Shown: positions 18,756 to 28,726 of the stretch, one piece after another
How the letters are laid out: the number at the start of each line of letters is the position of its first letter
Numbering within the stretch: the first letter of the stretch is position 1
Assembly (NCBI GenBank): GCA_038824035.1
Contig: JAWBBW010000015.1
Coordinates: 1 to 32,643, forward strand
Direction: 5' to 3'
Length of the DNA: 32,643 bases
Origin: Desulfurococcaceae archaeon
GTDB lineage: Archaea; Thermoproteota; Thermoprotei_A; Sulfolobales; Desulfurococcaceae
Program-made: the position numbers and the translations under genes
Notes under the pieces: model-generated
Databases searched by the model: none
What the model saw: only the letters and a program-made list of their open reading frames with translations
What the model was told of the DNA's origin: nothing

Positions 18756-19949
18756 ATGAAAAATAGAGTGAAAAGGGTTTTAATAGTTTTTTATCTGCTT
18801 GGCTTAGTGTCATTGTTCGCGGACATGGTTTACGAAGGAGGTAGATCTATTAGTGGAGCATATCTCGAGAACTTGGCAGCACCTCCCATAGGCCCTGCTT
18901 TAATAGGCTTAGGGGATTTTGCCGGGTATGTTCTCAGGTTCATAGCGGGTTATTTGGCAACTCTTTACCAGTCCTCTAGGCTACTCTGGGGGTTTGTTAT
19001 AGTAGGCTACACTGTAACGGCGATTAGCATACCTTTACTCGCATTTGCATCCGCTTGGAACATGGCCGTTGTCTTATACGTGATCGATAGACTAGGCAAG
19101 GGGCTTAGAGCGCCATCGAGAGATGTGATCGTGGCCGAGGTTTCAGAGAGCTTCGGATTAGGCAAGGGATTTGGAATACACGAATTGTTGGATCAACTTG
19201 GGGCATTCATAGGCCCCTTAATAGTGTCTATATCCCTCATATACTGGGGTTATAGAACGGCTTTTCTACTTCTATTAATACCTGGCACAATATCGATTGC
19301 ATTGGTGATATCCGCTTTCACTCTATATCCATCTCTTAAGAGTGTTGATAAAGTGAAAAAACCTGTGCTAGGATTTAAAGGTCTCGGCGAAGTGTTTTGG
19401 CTTTACGTCCTAGCATCAAGCGCCTTGGCCTTAGGATTCATGCATTGGGCTATTTCATCCTATTATCTAACATCCCGTGGAGTGTTGAGCGATTACGAGA
19501 TAGGCTTAGCCTATACGATCGCGATGCTCGCTGATGCGTTGGTCGCTATACCACTTGGACATGTCTTCGATAAGATCAAATTAAACATCTTACTTATCCA
19601 GCCACCGCTTGCATTGCTATATATAGTTATTCTACTCTACGCCCCCCGCGAGTTAATACCATTAGCAGCTGTTTGCTGGGGGGTAATAATGTGTTCGGAG
19701 GAGAGCATAATGAGGGCTTCAATAGCCTTAATTGTTGAGCCATCTAAGAGGCCGTTCGCATATGGCGCATTTGGCTTATTATATGGATTGACATGGGCAA
19801 TTGGAGGATTCATATATGGGTTTCTTCTGGGAAACAAGCTATATGTTTTAACATACGCGGTCATAACGAATACAGCGTCATTACTACTTTATATTAAATT
19901 AAGTAGTAAATATGAAGCAAACAAGAGCAGTTTAAAAATAACCGATTAG
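18756..19949 (+). CDS. MFS transporter
   Basis: SLFADMVYEG, DRLGKGLRAPSRD and D-Q-x-G-A-x-x-G-P motifs; about 12 TM segments. ATG 18756 follows GGTGA; the ORF track starts at 18642. Confidence 0.9.
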   Translation: MKNRVKRVLIVFYLLGLVSLFADMVYEGGRSISGAYLENLAAPPIGPALIGLGDFAGYVLRFIAGYLATLYQSSRLLWGFVIVGYTVTAISIPLLAFASAWNMAVVLYVIDRLGKGLRAPSRDVIVAEVSESFGLGKGFGIHELLDQLGAFIGPLIVSISLIYWGYRTAFLLLLIPGTISIALVISAFTLYPSLKSVDKVKKPVLGFKGLGEVFWLYVLASSALALGFMHWAISSYYLTSRGVLSDYEIGLAYTIAMLADALVAIPLGHVFDKIKLNILLIQPPLALLYIVILLYAPRELIPLAAVCWGVIMCSEESIMRASIALIVEPSKRPFAYGAFGLLYGLTWAIGGFIYGFLLGNKLYVLTYAVITNTASLLLYIKLSSKYEANKSSLKITD

Positions 19950-20764
19950 ATCAGTGATCAAGCATATCAGTTCTAGAAAGTATAATAAGAGCTCTGTTTT
20001 AATCGAAAAAGTTGAAGCCAATTATTCTGTTAACTGAGACCATTTTACCTCATAACGCCGCTAGTGATAAACCAGTAGATGAAGTTTCCTAATTAATAGC
20101 TTTTCATAAACATGGACTTTGGTTTCCATATCAATGCCGATGGAATGACAAATCTCGGCGTGTTTACTGCTTCGAGAAGTTTCTGTGAACTACCAGTGGC
20201 TATGTGGGATATGTTTTAACAGTTAAAGGCTCTGGCAATCACTGTTTCCAGACATTAGCCAATATGTACGTTAATGCCCATAATAATTAGTTGAAGTGTC
20301 CCTAAGAGATACTCCAGTGTATTAACATGATTCTAAAACTAGAAAAACCGATATGAACAAATATTAGTATTAGCCATTGCGGATGTGGCTATAGCCATGC
20401 TCATAGTAATATTCATATAAATCCGGCCACATCGCGAACATCAGTCCAGGGTTTTCAATAACTCACCTCTCTTTTAATTAACGTAATGAAGGTATTCACA
20501 CCGGCTATAACACACAGGAATACGATCATTGAAAGCTATAATGGACTTCACGAGGATTTTTCTAAAACACGGAATAGGTGATAAAACAACAAGACCAATG
20601 CCACTAAGTGCTCATCGAACCATAAGACCTCATTTAACAGTTAACAGTATTTAAAAACATTGCCCAGAGATCTCGGGTTTCCTTGCAACGATGTTTTCAA
20701 AGGTTAAATACCTGTTTCAATACAAATACCTATTGCCGAGGTTAACCAGATCAGGTTTGCGAGT

Positions 20765-21277
20765 ATGGAAGTAAATGTACGTAGTATTATACGTAAGGAT
20801 ATGTATTGTTGCTATATGATGGAAAACATGATTGCTGAAGCCCTGAGCAAGTACGCCGATATGGTTAAGAGACGTTGTATACATGTTAGCGCTATTCTAT
20901 ATGCAATAGCCCAGGAGAGTAAAAAACACGCCAAGATCTTGGAATACCTGGCTGAATTGTTTGATTTATTCGAGGAAACTAATTGTGAACAATTAGTGGG
21001 AGAACCATGGACAAGGATTAAAGAACTTCTCAATAAGCTATCAATAGGCGAAGAAATAGACCTGAAGAATTTCATAGAGACCCAGAGATGGATTGAAGTG
21101 GCCGTGGGCGAGGAGACATATCACAAGATCCTATTACCACTTTTAATGGAGTACATGAAAATGATATACACCGATGGCGAAACCGCTGAAATCCTGAAGA
21201 GAATATTCTCCAAGATCATCAATGACGAGAAATGGCATGAAGAATCCTTGATGAAGCTAGCTGATTACAAGTGTTAA
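20765..21277 (+). CDS. Ferritin-like / rubrerythrin-type di-iron four-helix protein
   Basis: Repeated E...E-x-x-H pattern (MEN..., QESKKH, GEE..Y, DEKWH). Confidence 0.72.
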   Translation: MEVNVRSIIRKDMYCCYMMENMIAEALSKYADMVKRRCIHVSAILYAIAQESKKHAKILEYLAELFDLFEETNCEQLVGEPWTRIKELLNKLSIGEEIDLKNFIETQRWIEVAVGEETYHKILLPLLMEYMKMIYTDGETAEILKRIFSKIINDEKWHEESLMKLADYKC

Positions 21278-21637
21278 AACAGTTCAAACTAAGCCAATTA
21301 CCGCATGTTTTTTCACCCAGACAGATTGAGCCATGGATTAGAATGAATTGTCCACAATCCATGATATTCCGCATAATCAATGGCTTTTAATTTAACTGGT
21401 TTTCCAAAATTTCCAAAAAACATGTGATTTATCACGCTATAATTCCACGTGCCGACTGTTATCGAGATCTCTGGTCGTTCCGGGTAAATGGGGCTATTTT
21501 ATTATATCGCCAAGATCTCTCTTCATTGAAACAATAATATTCGCTGAGAGATTACCAGAAAAAGACCTATATGGCTATTCAAATACGTGTTAATTAAAAC
21601 GCCGAACTCGGAGAAACAGATTACGTAATCCATAGAA

Positions 21638-22804
21638 TTATTCCATGCATAGCCTAGGCTTATATATTGTCTCCAGGTATGCCTTTTTAACCCTAGTAGC
21701 GAAGTCCATGGCCTTTCTATGAATTATATAATCAGCAACAGTGCCACATGCCTCTTCAATGCCCATGTGTTTAACCAGATCTCTGAATAACCCGCCAACA
21801 ATGCCCTCACCAATCGCAGCATATCCCTGAGCCGCCTCCTTGACTTTCACGGCCTTTTTCAGTCCTTTAAGTGTTGTAACCTCGAGATCTTTAAATATCT
21901 CCTTAAGCCGTTTTACAATGATTTCGTTTTTACCATATCTCCCTGTTAAGACTATTGTATCCGATTTCGACGATGACACCATCATCCTGGCTATATCCTT
22001 GGCAACACCCTCTATGAACGCCTCGAACATAGATGTAAATGGCTCTTCACCAGCCCTATAGCCTTTTATAATGGTTTCTAGGTCGAATACCCCTGTGCCG
22101 TGGAATATACCGCCATAGAAGACATCCCAGCGATTCCACGTGCTAACCCCTGCAACGACTTCGAGATCCAGTGCACCAGCTGTAAGAGTTCCTATAGAGG
22201 CATAACTACCTCCTATACCATCAACGATCACCCCTTTCTCGATAGCCATGGAGGCTACATATCCATATCCAAGCTCTGTGACCACGATGTTCACTTCGCC
22301 AGGATCTATGCCATATCTCTGGCTAATCTCATATACTGCTAAGAACGCTGAGGCAAGTTTATCAACTGTGCCCATGTCAATTTTGTTGATTTTCCTATAA
22401 TTAGGTACTGTGCGTAAATGTATAACAGCTGGTAGGAACATGACTCTTTCCCTATAGTTCTCAACGAGATGGGAAAGCGTCTTTACAATGGCGTCATATA
22501 CCCATATTCCAATTTCACCGATCTCGGTCCCAGCCTTAATTACCTCCTCTGTGCTGAGCAATATAACCTCGATAGCAAATCTTCTAATATCCCTGATGTT
22601 ATCACCGAATGTAACAGGCACACCATACCCAGAAGGAGCCACTATATAATCGGGTTCAAGCCTATCTATAGTCTCAATTAGTATCTGGGGCTCCCTGGAT
22701 ATGGAGATCGTGTCGAGAGATCGCTCTTCTCTGATAAATCCATCCTCCAATAAGACTACGTCAAAGGTCTTTGTACCTGGATCAACACCTACGACTCTTA
22801 CCAT
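21638..22804 (-). CDS. DUF1464-family ASKHA (acetate/butyrate-kinase-like) protein
   Basis: GVDPGTKTFD, APSGYG, KINKIDMGTVDK, ELGYGY, IVDGIGG and KEAAQG motifs. The start is taken as ATG 22804. Confidence 0.82.
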   Translation of the reverse strand: MVRVVGVDPGTKTFDVVLLEDGFIREERSLDTISISREPQILIETIDRLEPDYIVAPSGYGVPVTFGDNIRDIRRFAIEVILLSTEEVIKAGTEIGEIGIWVYDAIVKTLSHLVENYRERVMFLPAVIHLRTVPNYRKINKIDMGTVDKLASAFLAVYEISQRYGIDPGEVNIVVTELGYGYVASMAIEKGVIVDGIGGSYASIGTLTAGALDLEVVAGVSTWNRWDVFYGGIFHGTGVFDLETIIKGYRAGEEPFTSMFEAFIEGVAKDIARMMVSSSKSDTIVLTGRYGKNEIIVKRLKEIFKDLEVTTLKGLKKAVKVKEAAQGYAAIGEGIVGGLFRDLVKHMGIEEACGTVADYIIHRKAMDFATRVKKAYLETIYKPRLCME

Positions 22805-23510
22805 GAAGCCCAGCCATATCACATATGGATCGGGACAAGCATTTTAAGCATTGCTACAATGATTCGGAGAGATCCAGGCTCTGAATTCTACTTTTTTCAA
22901 TATAATGGTAAAAATTCATAGAGCCGGGGATTCCGTGATTAATGACCAAGTTGCCTCGAAATCACCTGTTTGCGAAATTTCCTAGACATATGAATACAGG
23001 GGGCGTTAAGGAGCTGGATAATAACTAATAGACGTTTTTTTTTATCTAGTGTTTAGGAGTCTTCGGCTAAGCTAGCCTATATATGTGCAAGGTGTTCACA
23101 GCGCTTTTCAATATCCATGGGTATTTTTCTGTTTCCCAGTAAAGCCCATGTAACCTAGTGAAGATCAATAGATTAGCGATTGAAGAAATTAATCATTAAT
23201 AATATATTACAGTTGAACCTCATATGATGTGTCCAAGAACAACCGATATAACGCTGGACTTTTCAATGAAAGAGATCGATACTCCAATGTTTTAGCAAAA
23301 TACTATGCAAGCTACATCATCGATGCAATTTATAAGACTCTGGAGAATCTTCAGCTGAGTTATTGAAACACCTACGAGGCTTCTAAACCCGTTAAAGAGC
23401 CCTAACCTTGGCTATTCTTGCTTATTACGGCATTCTCGAATAAGATAAACCAACATTAGAAATCTCTCGGCAGTCTTGTAATTAGCTGTGTATAATATGT
23501 AGGGAGTGTT

Positions 23511-24245
23511 ATGGGGAAACAAATTGACCTATTAGATTGCATTCTCTCTTCATGGAGAGAACTAGTGGAAATTTACATAGCTAAGTCTAGGAGATGGGGT
23601 TTGCTCTTTATGAAATGGGGTGAAGGGATATTACCAAAACATCTCAATATCTCATTTGGTCACTTCGGAATGTTTTGGCATGAAGCAGATGTAGTGGCCT
23701 ACCTATCAGCCAAGTTAAATGAGTGCATAAGTAAACGCAATTATACAGAAGTTGAAATACATGTAAACTATAAGTTGAATCCCCAAAACTTTAGAAACGA
23801 CGAAATTTTATATAAAAAATTAGTTAATGCAATAAAGGACTTGAGAAATCACGGAATAATCAGAAAAACTAAATTTCCCGAAATCGATATTATTGTCAGT
23901 GATCTAGAGAAGTCGAATTTTATACTATGTTTGGAAATCAAATACTTCCATTACGATCCGCGAAGCAAATACAAGGATTTAGTGGGACATTTACTACGTA
24001 AAGTTAGCATCCTAAGATCTCTGAAAGAAAATGAGGTATGCAGTGTTATTGGAATCTTAGTATTAGATGATTACTTATGTAGAATATCTCCTACAATATA
24101 TTCTCAAATTCGATCATTCATTAATAACAATAGGAGCTGTGATATGATTAGCGAATATAAATGTGTAACGTATGAAGAACTTATGCAAGCATATAGTACA
24201 CATATAAAGAAGTTTAAAAATGAGAATTCACAATTACACCATTAA
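23511..24245 (+). CDS. Hypothetical protein, PD-(D/E)XK nuclease-like
   Basis: E-A-D-V helix, then P-E-I-D-I-I-V...L-E-I-K-Y; GGGAG RBS; visibly AT-rich coding sequence. Confidence 0.55.
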   Translation: MGKQIDLLDCILSSWRELVEIYIAKSRRWGLLFMKWGEGILPKHLNISFGHFGMFWHEADVVAYLSAKLNECISKRNYTEVEIHVNYKLNPQNFRNDEILYKKLVNAIKDLRNHGIIRKTKFPEIDIIVSDLEKSNFILCLEIKYFHYDPRSKYKDLVGHLLRKVSILRSLKENEVCSVIGILVLDDYLCRISPTIYSQIRSFINNNRSCDMISEYKCVTYEELMQAYSTHIKKFKNENSQLHH

Positions 24246-24791
24246 TAGTAGATAATCCTGGAACAGGGGTTTATATATTGGACACCGATACACTGGGAAG
24301 AGGATTCCTCAATTTTAATCATTGAGTTGAATAAAGGTAAAATTACTTCATAAGGGATGTATAGGATCTCAATTAAGTGTTTCAGTATTTACAGGGTGTA
24401 CTTGATTGACTGATTAAACTATTGCCGCGAATTTAGATGAATTCACCTTAAACAGTAGTAGAAAATGTAAGAATATTATGATATACATGTAGCATAAGTC
24501 CAAACCCCAACCTCTATAATCACACAGTGTTATTAGTGTAAACATGTGGAGCGTGAAATGCATCTCTGGCCCATACTGATGTAGAACAGGTTAATCATTA
24601 TTCAAACCACAATAATGTTCAACTTGACATTGCAATTGAATAATCGGTTATTTTTCAAAATCTCGGAAAGTATGGATGAGGAGATCGGGTTAAATAGTTC
24701 GCTATGGCTTGATAATTAATCCTCTCACAGTAGACCAGGATATGAGAGTCGAGAACACTATATAACCAAAGCTTGATGGAAAAATCAATGC

Positions 24792-25187
24792 ATGCCAGTG
24801 AGATATGAAGTTCTTAATTGATTAGCAGAAGCTAGAGCTGATCTCAGGCACAGAGGTAAGTATTAATATGAGTAAATACAACTGGGCTTGTTTTGTAGCT
24901 CAACAAGCAGCTGGGAAAGCTCTGAAAGCCCCAGTTCTTCACGTTCTAGGTGAATACCCACGGGGCCACGACCTCGTCAAGCTCTACCGTAGAGTCAAAG
25001 ACTCCGCAACTGTTTCACTCAACGAGGTTGTACTTGCCAAGCTATCCGTGTACTACATCTAGCTAGGTATTCCAAGGCGGGCTTAGAGAGATCGTCAGAG
25101 GAGATCTTGAGGGAGCACGCTGAAGAGGCCCTCTCAATTGCCAAGGGTGTTTTAGATGAGGTCTCAAAGATTATTCAAGACCCGTAG
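24792..25187 (+). pseudogene. HEPN-domain protein (HEPN-MNT toxin-antitoxin), disrupted
   Basis: Reconstruction: MPVRYEVLN*LAEARADLRH / AEVSINMSKYNWACFVAQQAAGKALKA...PRGHDLVKL...YY / LARYSKAGLERSSEEILREHAEEALSIAKGVLDEVSKIIQDP*. One in-frame stop and two frameshifts. Confidence 0.85.
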
Positions 25188-25422
25188 TGACATCATAGAG
25201 GTCCTCAGGAAGTTAGCCAGGGAGATCAACGCTACAATCTACTTGTTCAGAAACTACGCTAGAAGCGATCACATGCTCGAAAGCGATGTTGACATAGTAG
25301 TTGTATGCAAGCGCTTTAAGAGTGTGAACTACCTGGATAGAGTAATATTCGTAAGAACAAAACTACAACTTGACACCTGTACACGGCTATGTTCATCGCA
25401 ATATCTTACGTTCTTATGTTAA
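25156..25422 (+). pseudogene. Minimal nucleotidyltransferase (MNT), degenerate and truncated
   Basis: IYLFRNYARSD..ESDVDIVVV is a mutated form of LFGSYARGD..SDVD. It overlaps the HEPN 3' end and the family resemblance fades after about 25365. Confidence 0.75.
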
Positions 25423-25424
25423 TA

Positions 25425-25722
25425 TCAATGTGTTAATTCTAGAGACCATGTACATGTCGACAGAAGTGTTATGGGGAAATGTTCAAACATAAATATTGTC
25501 ACCATAAGGCGTGGGTTAAGGGGTTCATATACATCTTCATTTCCAGTGGCTGTATACGTACCAGCATATAGAACAGAACCCGTGGACATAACTGGCACTG
25601 GAGATGTATGGACAGCAACATTCATGGTCTACCTCATTTTTAGGAATAAAGACATTGAAACATCTATGAGGTATGCAAATGTAGCAGGAGCACTTAGATA
25701 TTTTAGAAATAAGGTGTGGTAA
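25425..25722 (+). pseudogene. C-terminal remnant of a PfkB-family carbohydrate kinase
   Basis: R-R-G-L-R-G-S...VDITGTGDVW...ANVAGAL matches the PfkB C-terminal signature; the N-terminal two thirds are missing. Confidence 0.75.
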
Positions 25723-25859
25723 TAGCATTTCCAAAAAGAAATGAGCTAGAGGAGTTTGTTAGAGCACAGGGCTAGAGGTTAGATAATACATTATGGACTT
25801 GTCTACAGCCAAATAATTCTTAGGCGTTACCAGGTGACCATTAAGAATCTCTACTAGAT

Positions 25860-26888
25860 TTATATCGTGTATACCTCTGTGGCCCTTAGGATACTCTCTC
25901 CCTGATTTAAGATAAGATATTCGATATTTTCTCGAGAAACAGATGATGTAGTCCCTATTCCCATCACACATGATGCCCCAGAGGCCTGGGCCCATAGAAG
26001 TATATGCTTTAGCTCTTCTAATTCTAAATTATCTAAACTATGTGGATTTATATTTTCCCCAAAGGTATCTACGAGCTTATATATGAAGCCTGCCTGAAAA
26101 GCATCTCCAGCACCAGTAGGGTCTACAACCTCTACTTTAAATGCTGGTTGATATATTATGTAGTTATCCTTTGCAAGGTAAGCACCATTTTCGCCGTTGG
26201 TTACTAATACCAGTTTGACGCCAAATCTAAGAACGCTTTCCATAATTTTCTCGACACTATCTACGCCAAATATCTTTCTAGCCTCATATAGATTTGCATG
26301 AAATATATCAACACTATCAAGTGAATTTATAAGGAAATCCCAACTCTTTTTGCCAAAAGGTTTTGCGGCCGCTACATCAACCATATTTATAGCATTAAAC
26401 CCCCTTGATATCATAAGTATATCTCTAAGCTTCTCATCAACATGACCAAGGATGCCAGGCGCTATATAAAATATCCCAGGCTTATATTTTCCAATAACTC
26501 TAGCGATATGGTCTGGAGATAGTTTGATGGCTGCATCTACGTCTACATGGAATCTCCTATCTTCCCCCCTAACAACTAAAATTACATTCTTATTACTACG
26601 GGCATCTCTATGAACTTGAAATTCGGCTACAATACCATATCTTCTGAGGGTATTTAAGATAAATTCGCCGCAAAGATCACTGCCAACAGAACTAACAGCA
26701 ACGATACTGTGGGCTCTATAGCCCATCTTGGTAAGATCTATAGATATATTGCATGGATGGCCACCGATCTCTATGGATGAAAACCCCGAGACATATACTA
26801 TGTCACCGGGTTCCGCTATTCGTTCAAGACCAGTAATTATAATGTCACACACAGCTACACCGGTTAAGACGATAGGTACAGACATCAC
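25860..26888 (-). CDS. PfkB/ribokinase-family carbohydrate kinase
   Basis: GGHPCN, VGSDLCG, N-L-Y-E-A, TNGENGA and DPTGAGDAF motifs. Confidence 0.93.
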   Translation of the reverse strand: MMSVPIVLTGVAVCDIIITGLERIAEPGDIVYVSGFSSIEIGGHPCNISIDLTKMGYRAHSIVAVSSVGSDLCGEFILNTLRRYGIVAEFQVHRDARSNKNVILVVRGEDRRFHVDVDAAIKLSPDHIARVIGKYKPGIFYIAPGILGHVDEKLRDILMISRGFNAINMVDVAAAKPFGKKSWDFLINSLDSVDIFHANLYEARKIFGVDSVEKIMESVLRFGVKLVLVTNGENGAYLAKDNYIIYQPAFKVEVVDPTGAGDAFQAGFIYKLVDTFGENINPHSLDNLELEELKHILLWAQASGASCVMGIGTTSSVSRENIEYLILNQGESILRATEVYTI

Positions 26889-27212
26889 TTACACCACACT
26901 TGTTTACAACACATATATTCAGGATTTAAGACAAATTTTAATTAAATACATAGCTATTTGTAAACGGAAATGGGTACATTTAATTAAAGTGGATAAAACA
27001 GTGTTGAATATGTAATAATGGCATCTTTTGCATTATTCTAGGTTATTCTATGATTACAGGAAATTACCATGTTATGAATAACAATAGTTTTTAAACTAGA
27101 CATCCAGTAATAGGTAGATCGTGTATCCTTTGAAGTGAATTCAACATGTTCCTCTCTCAACGATCTTCCAAGAGCCCTTCACGGTAATGACTCTCACATG
27201 GTTGCTCGCCGT

Positions 27213-28028
27213 TCACAGTTCTACAGCTTGGAGCTTCAAGTTCCCGGATTCATGGAAGAATGTAGCCAGGAGATAGAAGAAGATGAACCAACTGGTGAAT
27301 AAGCTGGTGTTTAGGATTAATTCGCTTGTATAAATGGATAGAAACGTGTAAGAGGTCATTATGCCTCCGTGTAGTGAGGCTGAAACATAAACGTCTGATG
27401 CCTCCCTTATAGCCCCGGCTAGGTATCCAAAGGCGAAGCATCCCAGGATGTGTAATGGCATCCACCAGACCGGCTCCCACCTTGATGTAATCGGGTTCCA
27501 GTAGTTGACTACGTGTATCAAGGCGAAGATTGCAGAGGTTAGAAGTAGGCTTACTCCATAATCAACTCTCCAAGCCTTAAAGACGAGCCTATGCCAGCGT
27601 TTCTCAAAGACTTCGTTGAGCCTTGACTGTACATAGCCCCTGAAGTAAGCCTCCTCAACAAGCCCGACGAAGATCATGAAGAAAACCACGTTTAGAGCCA
27701 TGCCGAGTAGCGACAGCTTGGCAGGCTTAGCTACACCTAGAGCCACTGATATAGCGATCGAGACTATCGCGGGTACGATGAAGACCGCTACAAACACCGA
27801 GCTCCACTTCAACGTGAAACACAGGCTTTCGGGCAGGAAGCCATAGATCCTAAAACTTCTCTTGTGTAAGATAATAGCTAGTAGGGCTACAAGCATCATG
27901 ACTGCTTTGAAGCTAAAACCAAGGAGTATACCACTTAAATAAACCTCGTGGAGCCACGCAACAAAAACTAGAACTAAGGAGACTAGACAGACCTCGAGTA
28001 AAGCTACATACTGCTTATGCTTATCCAA
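27213..28028 (-). CDS. CPBP (Abi/CAAX protease-like) intramembrane glutamic endopeptidase
   Basis: EEAYFRG, FALIH and S-L-H motifs within a polytopic protein. Confidence 0.88.
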   Translation of the reverse strand: MDKHKQYVALLEVCLVSLVLVFVAWLHEVYLSGILLGFSFKAVMMLVALLAIILHKRSFRIYGFLPESLCFTLKWSSVFVAVFIVPAIVSIAISVALGVAKPAKLSLLGMALNVVFFMIFVGLVEEAYFRGYVQSRLNEVFEKRWHRLVFKAWRVDYGVSLLLTSAIFALIHVVNYWNPITSRWEPVWWMPLHILGCFAFGYLAGAIREASDVYVSASLHGGIMTSYTFLSIYTSELILNTSLFTSWFIFFYLLATFFHESGNLKLQAVEL

Positions 28029-28164
28029 GGAAGCAACCCCAATTATAACTTACAAACACTTGAAGTTATTAAAGTCTCAAGGAGAAACTTTGTGTAGAGT
28101 TCCAGAGAGGTAGCTGAAGTATTTATTGAAAATAAATAATAAGTATTAAACTTTTAAATTTTAT

Positions 28165-28683
28165 TTAAGTAATTATAAGGTAATCTTTTTGATTTAAAGG
28201 TTTGAATTTACCAAGAATCTTAGATTTATCCTTAACCACTTCCAATATATCTATGAAGTGTTCTGGACGGAAATAATTATAGGTAGATGGAGACCAAAAT
28301 GAAAGAACTTGTGAAATTCTTCTTCTAGTGATTTTCACGGCGTTTACGACAGTGACGTGATCCTGGTGGGAATCTCTTAAACTATGCATGTATACTTTAA
28401 CAGACATGCGCTTTTCAACAATCTCCTCAATAGTTTTTACTTGATTAAAAATACTCGTGTAGTCTTGTATCTGGGAAATTGAAAAAGATAGCAGTTTCAT
28501 ATATTTAACTCATCCAGGATCTCTAGTATTTCTTTTTCTCTAGTTGCAGGATCTCCTCCTTTCTCCTCTATAGAGATAACAACGTAGATTACTTCATCAT
28601 CCCCTTTTCAAATGCTTTATTAAAGTTCCGCCAGCACCAATCTCTACACCATCTAAGTGAGCTCCTATGAACACTACACGCAT
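28165..28683 (-). pseudogene. PIG-L/LmbE-family N-acetyl-sugar deacetylase, disrupted
   Basis: MRVVFIGAHLDGVEIGAGGTLIKHLKRG, frameshift, DEVIYVVIS..GGDPATREKE, break, then HSLRDSHQDH...FRPEHFIDI. The AHPDD motif has decayed to AHLDG. Confidence 0.8.
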
Positions 28684-28726
28684 CTTGATCAACATACATG
28701 ATTGTACTATTCTAGATCAGAGAACA

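Noticed and set aside
21332-21363. CATGGATT-N16-AATCCATG inverted repeat downstream of the ferritin-like gene
   Set aside because: Short stem and long loop with no second copy; neither a terminator nor a MITE end can be supported.
22921-23010. GCCGGGG and GGGGGCG as a possible att copy of the tRNA-Ser 3' end
   Set aside because: These are only 7-bp, non-contiguous matches, as expected by chance.
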